Positions 54,840 through 64,000 of a stretch of DNA of 64,000 nucleotides are shown here, one piece after another. The position numbers were made by a program, and so were the translations under genes. Source of the stretch: an uncultured Alphaproteobacteria bacterium (GTDB lineage Bacteria; Pseudomonadota; Alphaproteobacteria; Rhizobiales; Rhizobiaceae); assembly GCA_963838565.1 (NCBI GenBank), contig CAWIRO010000006.1:6595-70594 (forward strand), in the 5' to 3' direction. Position 1 is the first letter of the stretch, and every line of letters starts with the position of its first letter. The notes beneath the pieces were generated by a model, which saw only the letters and a program-made list of their open reading frames with translations, ran no database searches and was not told where the DNA came from.

Positions 54840-55857
54840 GCGTCGAGCCGTTTGAACTGGACGAGCCTGCTTGCCAGCCTGATGGCGTTCTCGAATGCGC
54901 GCCGGTATCGGCAATGCCCTTGCCGACGATGTCGAAGGCCGTGCCATGCGCCGGCGTGGTGAAGATGGTGTCGAGCCCGGCGGTCACCGTGACGCCGCGG
55001 TTGAAGCCGCGCATCTTCGTCGCGATCTGGCCCTGGTCGTGATACATGGCAAGCACGCCGTCATAGTCGCCGGCGAAGGCCTTCAGGTAGACGGTGTCCG
55101 ACGGGAACGGCCCCTCGCAATCGAAGCCCTTGGCAGCCATGGCTTCGACGGCGGGGCGGATGATCTCGATCTCCTCCATGCCGAACAGGCCGTTTTCGCC
55201 GGCATGCGGATTGAGGGCAGCGACCGCAAGCCGAGGCGAAACGATGCCGGCCTTGCGCATCATCGTCACGGCACAGTTCGATGGCGTTCTCGATCGCCGG
55301 CACGGTCGATCTGATCGACCGCCTGCCGTAGCGACACATGCGAGGTGACGCGCGACATCCATTGATTGTCGAGCACGTTCATCTCGCTGAAATAGCCGCG
55401 ATGGCCGAGCAGATGGGCGAACATCTTGTGCTCGTCCGGAAAATGCCAGCCGCCGTCATACATCGCCCGCTTGTTGAGCGGCGCGAAGGAAACGGCGTCG
55501 ACCTCGCCGGCCTTGGCGAAATCGATCGCCCGCGACAGGGTTTCGCCGGTGACGCGGCCGGACTCGGCGCTGCCGATGCCCGGCGGATAGAGCGACGGAT
55601 CGGTGTTGTTCGAGGTCGATGATCGGCACGGTCTCGTCCGACCAGTCGATGGCCGCAGGGCTGTGCATAGCGCCGGTATTCGCAAGGCGCACGCCGGCCT
55701 GCCGCATGCCGAGTTCGAGCACCCTGGCATCGCCGACCACGACGATGCGGGCAGTCTCCCTCATCCGGCCGTCGTGCAGAATGCGGGCCGTCTGTTCCGG
55801 TCCGATGCCGGTGCAATCGCCCGGGGTGAGGGCGATGATGGGAAGCTCTCGGCTCAT
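54836..55857 (-). CDS. PdxA-family decarboxylating dehydrogenase (non-canonical), frameshifted
   Basis: TPGDCTGIGPE, APLNK, TSHVSL, LNPHAGE, MYHDQGQ, TTPAHGTAFDI; DEH in place of the canonical GHTE. Confidence 0.82.
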
Positions 55858-56968
55858 GATTGCCTCGACGTCTGAGGGGTGGGGAGGGATGTCGCCAGAA
55901 GCGCTTCGGCGATGGCCTTGCCGCAGGTCGACGGTGTCGGCGCTGCCGCCGAGATCGCCGGTCCTCGAGGCGGGATCGGCGAGCACTGTCTCGATCGCCG
56001 AGACGATGGCTGCCGCCGCCTCGGGATGGCCGAGATGGTCGAGCATCATCGCGCCGGCCCAGATCTGGCCGATCGGATTGGCAATTCCCTTGCCGGCAAT
56101 GTCGGGCGCGGAACCGTGCACCGGCTCGAACAGCGACGGGAAATTGCGCTCCGGATTGATGTTGCCCGAGGGCGCGATGCCGATCGTGCCGGTGCAGGCG
56201 GGACCGAGATCGGAGAGGATGTCGCCGAAAAGGTTGGAGGCGACGACGACGTCGAAGCGATCCGGATTGAGCACGAAATGCGCGCAGAGAATGTCGATAT
56301 GGTATTTGTCCGCAGCGCACATCCGGATAGGCTTTCGCCATCTCCTCGACGCGCTCGTCCCAATAGGGCATGGTGATCGAAATGCCGTTCGACTTGGTCG
56401 CCGAGGTCAGGTGTTTCTTGCCCCGGCTCTGGGCCAGATCGAAGGCGTAGCGCAGGATGCGGTCGACGCCGATGCGGCTCATCACGGTTTCCTGCACGAC
56501 GATCTCGCGCTCGGTGCCGGGATACATCTTGCCGCCGATCGAGGAATATTCGCCCTCGGTGTTTTCGCGCACGACGAAGAAATCGATATCGCCGGGCTTG
56601 CGGCCGGCGAGCGGCGATGGAACGCCCGGCATCAGGCGCACCGGCCGCAGGTTGACATACTGGTCGAACTCGCGGCGGAACTGCAGGAGCGAGCCCCAGA
56701 GCGAGATATGGTCCGGCACGGTTTCCGGCCAGCCGACGGCGCCGAAGAAGATCGCGTCGTGGCCGCCGATCTGCGCCTTCCAGTCCTCCGGCATCATCCG
56801 GCCATGGGCGGCGTAGTAGTCGCAGGAGGCGAAGTCGAAATGGTCGAAGGCGAGGTCGATCTCGAATTGGCCGGCGGCCGCTTCGAGGACGCGCAGACCC
56901 TCGGGCACCACTTCCTTGCCGATGCCGTCGCCGGGGATGACCGCGATCTTCAGACGATTGGACGGCAT
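55854..56968 (-). CDS. Tartrate dehydrogenase/D-malate dehydrogenase (decarboxylating)-like, copy B; frameshifted
   Basis: PGDGIGKEV, VPDHISLWG, RENTEGEY, TKSNG, FGDILSD, EPVHGSAPDIAG. Confidence 0.88.
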
Positions 56969-56980
56969 GTCGGTCTCCCT

Positions 56981-58062
56981 TCATTCGTTGTCGCCGAGGA
57001 TGGCGGCGACAGACGGCATCCGTCACCATGTCGGTCGTGGCGGTGCCCTTGAGGTCCGGCGTGTGCAGCGACGGATCGGCGGTGACGCGCTCGATGGCGC
57101 GCATCAGCCGCGCCGCCGCCGCCGGTTCGCCGAGATGCTCCAGCATCATCACCGCCGACCAGAAGGTGCCGACCGGATTGGCGATGCCCTTGCCGGTGAT
57201 GTCGAAGGCCGAACCGTGGATCGGCTCGAACATCGAGGGAAACCGGCGCTCCGGATTGAGGTTGGCCGTCGGCGCGATGCCGATCGAGCCCGCCAGCGCA
57301 GCGGCAAGGTCGGAGAGGATGTCGGCATGCAGGTTGGTCGCGACGATCGTGTCGAGCGATTGCGGATTGCAGCGTCATGCGCACGGTCATGGCGTCGACC
57401 AGCATCTTGTCCCAGGTGACATCGGGAAAATCGGCGGCGACCTCGCGGGCGATCTCGTCCCACAGCACCATGCCGTGGCGCTGGGCGTTCGACTTGGTGA
57501 CGACGGTCAGAAACTTGCGCGGCCGCGATTGCGCCAGCTCGAAGGCGAAGCGCATGATGCGGCTGACGCCGGCGCGGGTGAAGATCGAGACTTCGGTCGC
57601 CACTTCCTCCGGCAGGCCGCGATGCGAGCGGCCGCCCTGGCCGGCATATTCGCCTTCGGAATTCTCGCGGACGATGACCCAGTCGAGATCGTCGGCCGTA
57701 ACGCCCGGCAGCGGGCTCCGGATGCCGGGCAGGATGCGGGTCGGGCGGACATTGGCATATTGGTCGAAGGGCTGGCAGATGGCGAGGCGCAGGCCCCAGA
57801 GCGTCAGATGATCGGGCACATCGGGCGCGCCGACCGCACCGAAATAGATCGCATCGAAGGCTTTCAGGCGCTCGATGCCGCCCTCGGGCATCAGCACGCC
57901 ATTGGCCTTGTAGTAATCCGAGCCCCACGGGAAATTCTCGACCTTCAGCGCGAACTGAGCCGTCGCGGGCAGCGCAGGCCTTCAAGGACCGCGAAGCCCG
58001 GCAGCGATGACTTCCTTGCCGATTCCATCACCGGGAATGGCTGCGATGTCATATGTCTTCAT
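56981..58062 (-). CDS. Tartrate dehydrogenase-like, copy A; frameshifted
   Basis: MKTYDIAAIPGDGIG, VPDHLTLWG, RENSEGEY, TKSNAQ, EPIHGSAFDI. Confidence 0.87.
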
Positions 58063-58119
58063 TGATTCAACTCCCCGCACTAACCGTGCATTTGCTATTC
58101 GGATGCCGAATTTTCGCGT

Positions 58120-58148
58120 AATTGTCAATTATAAATTGTTGACAATTT
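58120..58148. promoter_or_regulatory. GntR/FadR operator 2 (plus half-site)
   Basis: AAATTGTTGACAATTT (58133-58148) preceded by AATTGTCAATT, in the divergent promoter between the tartrate-DH operon and the dehalogenase-like gene. Confidence 0.75.
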
Positions 58149-58209
58149 ACCAAAATAGAGCGTGACCTGATCTAAGATTTCCGTTTTATCGACGTTAGAC
58201 AAGAGGAGA

Positions 58210-59173
58210 ATGCAATGTCGTTGCCCACCGAATAGGCCGATATCTGAAATGCCTTCGTTCTTCGAAGAGAAGGGCAAGCTGATGCATGGGTTCCGATACG
58301 AGCGCGTGCAGACCGCCGGTGCCGAGATCAACGTGGCGATCGGCGGCGAAGGGCCGCCGCTGCTTCTGCTGCACGGCAATCCGCTGACCCATGTGAGCTG
58401 GCACAAGATCGCGCCTGCGCTTGCCAGGAGCTTCACCATCGTCGCGCCCGACCTGCGCGGCTATGGCGACAGTTCGAAGCCTGACGGCGGCGAGGATCAT
58501 TCCGGCTACTCGTTCCGGGCGATGGGCGAGGACAATGCGGCCGTCATGTCGCATTTCGGCTTCGAGCGTTTCCAGGTCGCCGGCCATGACCGCGGCGCCC
58601 GCGTTGCCTTCCGCATGGCGCTCGATTTCCCCGAGCGGATCGAACGCGTTGGCGGCCCTCGACATCGTGCCCACGCACCATGCGCTGACCAATGTGACGC
58701 TCGGCTGGGGGCTCGAAGCCTATCACTGGTTCTTCATGGCGCAGAAGGCGCCGTTCCCGGAAAAGCTGCTGACGGCCGACCTCAGCTATTACATCGACTA
58801 CAAGCTCAACAAGAAAGGCGTCGGCCTCGAGATCTTCAGCCCGGAAGCGATGGCGGAATACAAGCGCTGCACGACGCCGGAGCAGATCCATGCGGTCTGC
58901 GAGGATTATCGCGCCACCGTCAGCGTCGATCTGGCCATGGATACGGCCGACTACGGCAAACGGACGATCGATTGCCCGGTGCTGGTCCTCTGGGGCTCCA
59001 ACAGCCATTGCGGCCGTCATTTCGCGCCGCTCGAGGCCTGGAAGCCCTGGGCACCTGATCTGCAAGGCTGGGCCGTGCCGACCGGGCATTATCCCGCCGA
59101 ACAGCGGCCGGATCTCATCTACGATGCGTTCTGGAAGTTCTTCAACGGACAGGATCCGATGCCGGCCGGTTGA
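58210..59173 (+). CDS. Fluoroacetate/haloacetate dehalogenase-like alpha/beta hydrolase; frameshift near 58650
   Basis: LLHG, DLRGYG, GHD-R-GA-R, ALDIVPT, YHWFF, EDYRA, TGHY; exact start uncertain. Confidence 0.83.
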
Positions 59174-59234
59174 TGAACGTCGCGTCTTCCGTCAGCCGCG
59201 GGCGGCGGACGGAAGATCGCTTCGGCAGGACGCG

Positions 59235-60305
59235 TCAGCCGAGCGCCGCAATGATGCCCTGCGTCATTCCGGCGGTGCCAGCGGTTCCCTTGATGTCGCG
59301 CGTGCGGGTCGCGGGGTTTGAAAGCGCCGTGGCGATCGCCTTCTGCATGATCGATGCCGCCTCGACGGCCTGCGGGATCTTGCGGTTGTGGCCCAGCCAC
59401 TCGATCATCATGCGGGCGGATTCGATCATCGCAAAGGGATTGGCGATGCCCTTGCCGGCGATATCGGGCGCCGAGCCGTGGGTCGCCTGGGCCATCGCCA
59501 GATTGCCTTCGCCGATGCACAGGCCCGGCGCCATGCCGAGGCCGCCGACGAGACCGGCCGCTTCGTCCGTCAGGATATCGCCGAACATGTTGGTGGTGAC
59601 GATGACGTCGAAGCTCTGCGGATCGCGGATAAGGCGCATCGCCATGGTATCGACGATGACCTCGTCGACGGTGACATCGGGGAATTCCTTGGCGACGCGG
59701 TGGCATTCCTCGACGAACATGCCGCAGCCGAGCTTGAAAACGGTGTTCTTGTGCACCAGCGTCAGCCGCTTCTTGCGCTGCTGCGCAATCTCGAAGGCCG
59801 CGCGCGCGACGCGCGACGAGCCGAGCCGGGTGATGACGCGCACCGAGATCGTCACGTCCTCCGTCGGGCGGAATTCGCCGGAGCCGGCCACGACGTTGCG
59901 GTCCGGCTGGAAGCCCTCGTTGTTTTCGCGCACGATCACCAGGTCGATGCCTTCGTGGATCGCGCCGAGGCCGGGAAAGGATTTCGTCGGCCGCACATTG
60001 GCAAAGAGGTTGAAGCCCTTGCGCATGATCGGGTGCGGATTGATGGCGCCCGGCACCTTCGGATAGGCCTGATGGCCGATCGGGCCGAGGATGAAGCCGT
60101 CCATCTTGGCGAGCGTTTCCATCGTGCCCTCCGGAAAGGTCGAGCCGATTGTGTCGAGCGCCGTCCTGCCGATCGGCATCGGCCGCCAGTCGATCTTGAG
60201 GCCGGTCTTGGCGGCGGCGGCGCGGGTGACCTCGACGGCGGCCGGCACGATCTCGTGGCCGATGTCGTCGCCGTTCAGGATCCCGATCACGAGATGGTGT
60301 GTCAT
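59235..60305 (-). CDS. Isocitrate/isopropylmalate dehydrogenase-family protein
   Basis: GDDIGHE, RENNEG, HKNTV, NMFGDILTD, HGSAPDIAGKGIANP. Confidence 0.88.
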   Translation of the reverse strand: MTHHLVIGILNGDDIGHEIVPAAVEVTRAAAAKTGLKIDWRPMPIGRTALDTIGSTFPEGTMETLAKMDGFILGPIGHQAYPKVPGAINPHPIMRKGFNLFANVRPTKSFPGLGAIHEGIDLVIVRENNEGFQPDRNVVAGSGEFRPTEDVTISVRVITRLGSSRVARAAFEIAQQRKKRLTLVHKNTVFKLGCGMFVEECHRVAKEFPDVTVDEVIVDTMAMRLIRDPQSFDVIVTTNMFGDILTDEAAGLVGGLGMAPGLCIGEGNLAMAQATHGSAPDIAGKGIANPFAMIESARMMIEWLGHNRKIPQAVEAASIMQKAIATALSNPATRTRDIKGTAGTAGMTQGIIAALG

Positions 60306-60317
60306 AGAGCAGTCCTT

Positions 60318-61422
60318 TCAGTCAGAGGAGGCGCCGAGGCGGCGCGAAAGGGTTTCGAATATCCGAAGCGTGAACAGGATCGTCGTCATCACGACGGCGA
60401 TGCGGGTGATCTGGAAGGCGGTGACGGTGGTGGCGTCGAGATGCATCGCCGTGGCGGTCAGCACCATTTCGGTGACGCCCGCCGGCGCGACGGCAAGCAG
60501 GCTGGTCACGAAGGAGAGGCCGGTGGCGTGCGGAAAGCAGCCAGGCGATGCCGGTGGCGACCGCGAGCAGGAAGGTCGTGGTGATCGAGTGCCGAGATCG
60601 TCACCCGCGACAGGCGGCCGAGCAGCGATCGCCGGAAACGGCAGCCGAGCCAGATGCCGATGACGATCTGCGCGATGGTGAGAACGATCGACGGAATGGC
60701 GAAGGGGCCAAAGCCGAACCCTGAAACGATGCCCGCGATGATCGCCGGCACGAGCAGCCAGGTGTTGGGCAGCTTCAGCCGCCGCGCCAGAAACGCCGCA
60801 ACGGCAGCGACGACAAAGAGGGCGATCAGCGGCACGGCGTCGGCGCGGAACGGGATCGCCACCGGCTGAATGCCTCCATCCTCGCCGAATATCGTCACAA
60901 GGAACGGCACGATCGTGACGATCGATGTGACCCGGATGAGATGAACCACGGCGACCGTGTCGCTGTCGGCGTTCTTCTGGTGCGCGACGACCGCCATCTC
61001 GGCAAGGCCGGCGGCGGCGGTCGCGAAGAATGCGGTCCTGCCGTCGATGCCGGCGAGCATTCGGATCATCAGGGCCGCGACCATGGTCGCGACGATGATC
61101 AGCACTGTCGACAGCAACATGAACGGCAGCAGCGTTGCAGTGGCGACGAACACCGCCGGCACGAAACGCGAGCCCGATCGCCAGGCCGACGGCGACCTGG
61201 CCGAGTTCCCGTCCATACGGCAAGCGGCGCAATGGGAGCGCCCGAAATCGCCGCCATGCCACAGGCCAGCAGCGGACCGAGCAGATAGGGAAGGGGCATC
61301 GCGATGCCCTTGGCGACGAAAGCGCCGGCGATGCCGATCAGGAGTGCCAGACCGATCCGCAAAACGGTGCGGCCGAAGACAGGCGTGCCGCCGCCAGTGC
61401 CTGCTAGTTCCGAATTCGGCAT
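60318..61422 (-). CDS. AbrB-family duplicated membrane protein, frameshifted
   Basis: MPLPYLLGP, AAGLAEM, HLIRV, APAGVTEM, FQITR (two repeats). Confidence 0.8.
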
Positions 61423-61438
61423 CGCGATGTCGATCGCG

Positions 61439-62857
61439 TCAGGCGACGGAGATCAGGCGGGCCGCCAACTCGTCGAGGGACTTCAGCGTCTCGAGCCTGC
61501 GCACCAGTTCGACGATCTCGTTTGCCTTGCCGTTGGCCATGCCGGCGAATTCTGCATTCTCGCGGAATTTGTCGGCGACCTCGTCGTAGCTCATCGGGAA
61601 TGCCGGGCTGCCCTTGCCGAAATCGGCGCGGCCGGAGATCTTGCGGCCGTCCTTGAGCTCGATGTCGATCAGCGTCGTCATCAGGTGGTAGCCTGCTGCT
61701 TCCGCCTCGTCGTCGATGACGAAGTCGACCTTCTCGATCATCGCCTTGCACGTCTTCGCGCTCGACGGCGGCGTCGGTGAATTCGTTGAGGCCGGCACGG
61801 CCTTCGAGCAGCAGGATCGCCATGCAGAATTCCATCGAGAACTTTGCCTGCAGTTCGTCCTTGGGACGATGATGGATCAGCGCGTTCGGCATGTTGGAAT
61901 TGGTGCCGACGCGGACATGCTTCACGTCTTCGGCGCGGATGCCGTTCTCCTTGATCAGCCGCAGCATTTCCGTCATGCCGGGATGCGTCAGCGAGCCCGA
62001 CGGATGCGGCTTGATGGAAATGCCGGGATTGGCGAAGGTCCACGGCGCGCCGAGCTTGCCGAAGATGGCATTCTGGTCGTAGCCGCCGCCCGCAGCGGCG
62101 AAGAAACCGCGCGGCGCCTCGAGGATGCGCGGCGTGGCTGTCCAGCCGTAGGAGGCAAACTGGGCGGCAGCGACGCCGCTTTCCGACGAACGCCCGGCAT
62201 GGAAGGGTTTCGTCATCGTGCCGAAGTTTTCACGCAGGCCGGCGGACTGGCTGCCGGCGATCGACAGCGCCCGCAGCGTGGTGTCCACGTCGAGACCCAT
62301 CAGCCGAGCGCTGGCGGCGGCCGCAGCGAACGTCCCGCAGGTGGCGGTCGCATGGAAGCCGGTCTGGTAGTGGCGCGGCGCGATCGCCTCGGCGATCTTG
62401 CACTCGACTTCAACGCCCAGATGATAGGCCAGCATGAAATCCTTGCCCGAGGATTTGAGCAGTTCCGCCATCGCGAATGCCGCCGGCAGGGCCGGAGCCG
62501 TCGGATGCGTCAGCAGACCATAGACGCGGTCCTTGGCGACGGCGAGCTGCGTGTCGTCGTAATCGTCGGCGTGGATGCCGACACCGTTGGCGAATGCAGC
62601 AAAGCGAGGCGCAACCTTGCGGCCGCCGCCGATGACGGTCGCAGTGCCGTCGGCAAGACCGAGATCGTCGAGATGGCGACGGACCAGTTCGCCGCTCTTG
62701 GCAACCGAACCGGAAAGAGCCAGACCGAAGCCGTCAAGTATCGATTTCTTGCCGAGTTCCACGACTTCTGCCGAAAGTGTCCTCGAACTGTCGTATCAAC
62801 CACGAACTCGGCAACATATTTCGTCAGCGCCACATCAACCGCTTTGTTCTGGTCCAT
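61439..62857 (-). CDS. MmgE/PrpD-family protein 3, frameshifted
   Basis: IHADDYDDT, THPT, RHY..GFHAT, NFGTMTKPFH, KPHPSG, QAKFSM, KGSP. Confidence 0.87.
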
Positions 62858-62918
62858 CCCAAATCCTCCTGTCGCAATGTCTAGTGAGTAGGTTCTCAGC
62901 GGCGACAGTGCTTTGAGA

Positions 62919-62938
62919 ATTGTTAATTGTCAACAGTT
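62919..62938. promoter_or_regulatory. GntR/FadR operator 3
   Basis: AATTGTCAACAGTT (62925-62938); the reverse complement AAACTGTTGACAATTAACAATTC closely matches AAATTGTTGACAATTAACATTC at ~46210. Confidence 0.72.
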
Positions 62939-63025
62939 TTTCGTTTACAAAATGAGGCGATGTCGATGACCAGACGGACGATGTCAGCGGGAATGACTTA
63001 GAGACGCGGCGGTGCGGCATGCCCG

Positions 63026-63712
63026 TCAGGGACCGGCCTGGCGGGTCCGAACAATGCCGTTGAGGATATGGGTGCGGGCGGCAATCAGGCTGCGAACGGG
63101 GTCACGAGCCTCGAGCGCATCGACGATCGCCCGATGCTCCTGGTTGGAGATATGCAGCACATCGTGGCTCGAAAGCGCGCGGTAGCGCTGGATATGCAGC
63201 TCGCGGACGAAACTCTGGTAGATCAGTTCCAGGCGATTGTTTCCCGCCATGTGCGCGATCTGCTTATGGAATTCGAGGTTGACGGGATAATAGATATGCA
63301 CATCGCCAAGCTCGACGATTTCGTCCATGCGCTGCAACAGCGCCCGCAGAATGGCGATCTGCGCATCCGTGATCCGCTCGGCCAGCATCATCGCCATGCA
63401 GCCGAAGACGCCGGCGCGCGCTTCTGAAAGGTCCTGGGCCTCGTCGTTGGTCAAGGCGCGAATGAAGAAGCCGCGGTTCGGGATGATCTCGATGAGACCC
63501 ATCGCGGCCAGCGCGCTGCAGGCTTCGCGGATCGGCCCGCGGCTCACGCCCAGGCGCTGCGACAGGCCGTTTTCGTTCACACGCTCATTCGGCTTCAGTT
63601 CGCCATCGATGATCATCCGCTCGATTTCGGCCTGCACCACATTCGCGAGCGAACGAGTGCGAAGGAAATCGATCGCGGACAGATTGGGCGGTAGGTTCGT
63701 TAAGTCCGACAT
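63026..63712 (-). CDS. GntR/FCD regulator, paralog of 46266
   Basis: NENGLSQRLGVSRGPIREA..PNRGFFI, NLEFH, AGN, EHRAIV. Confidence 0.9.
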   Translation of the reverse strand: MSDLTNLPPNLSAIDFLRTRSLANVVQAEIERMIIDGELKPNERVNENGLSQRLGVSRGPIREACSALAAMGLIEIIPNRGFFIRALTNDEAQDLSEARAGVFGCMAMMLAERITDAQIAILRALLQRMDEIVELGDVHIYYPVNLEFHKQIAHMAGNNRLELIYQSFVRELHIQRYRALSSHDVLHISNQEHRAIVDALEARDPVRSLIAARTHILNGIVRTRQAGP

Positions 63713-63863
63713 GAGCAGGCCATCGTTAAGGGTCCATTAGGAAGGAGTAGGAGCTGCAGCCTGCCGGCCTGCTGCTACGACTTCCATTTATCAGCAATTC
63801 CTGTCGTTGGCGATCCTGCCGACAACCGAGGTGCCTGCTGTCTTAAAGGAACCCGTAAATCGT

Positions 63864-64000
63864 TCAACCCCGCGCGTTCATCTGTGAACCGCCGAGAACA
63901 GGAACCCGGTTGGCGACAAAAACAACGGCAAAGGATGCAGCAAGCAGAATAATGCCGAGAACACATATTGCCCCGAGATCGCCGCTCTCGTTGAGATCGT
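63864..64000 (-). CDS. 3' end of an FbpB/ThiP-type ABC permease (gene starts outside window)
   Basis: Read manually: DLNESGDLGAICVLGIILLAASFAVVFVANRVPVLGGSQMNARG*. Confidence 0.55.
   Translation of the reverse strand, partial: DLNESGDLGAICVLGIILLAASFAVVFVANRVPVLGGSQMNARG

Noticed and set aside
46960-62857. Methylcitrate cycle (prpD) or classical tartrate (ttuABCDE) operon
   Set aside because: prpB, prpC, acnD, ttuD and ttuE are absent from the window, and the MmgE motifs do not look like PrpD proper, so those gene symbols were not assigned.

Overview
A 64-kb, high-GC (by eye) stretch typical of a Rhizobiaceae secondary replicon, made almost entirely of catabolic and transport modules. In order: pcaR-pcaIJF (beta-ketoadipate lower pathway); a DHA2-type MFS; a FadR/enolase/ACS-MFS sugar-acid unit; an XRE regulator; a ROK-regulated peptide-ABC + gamma-glutamyltransferase + Gfo/Idh/MocA unit; a patch of IS6/IS110/IS3 and tyrosine-recombinase fragments containing an intact three-hairpin CCUCCUCCC ('cuckoo'/alpha-r14) sRNA; an acyltransferase-GT2-ABC trio; a secreted sulfatase; a lactonase/sugar-ABC unit with a soluble GAF two-component system; a LysR-phnA-phosphodiesterase-peptide-ABC phosphonate unit; and a ~17.5-kb polycarboxylate-catabolism region (46.2-63.7 kb). 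That last region has 3 MmgE/PrpD enzymes, 3 tartrate/isocitrate-type plus 1 PdxA-type decarboxylating dehydrogenases, TctCBA, a fluoroacetate-dehalogenase-like hydrolase, an SDR, a CHR pair, AbrB and 2 paralogous GntR regulators, with a shared AATTGTTGACAATT-type palindrome upstream of three transcription units. It is the best candidate for an undescribed system, possibly linked to the adjacent phnA unit. Many genes carry single-base insertions (densest at 37-43 kb) that look like long-read errors, so genes were reconstructed across frames by eye and frameshift positions are approximate. All family calls come from recognised motifs, not from database searches.
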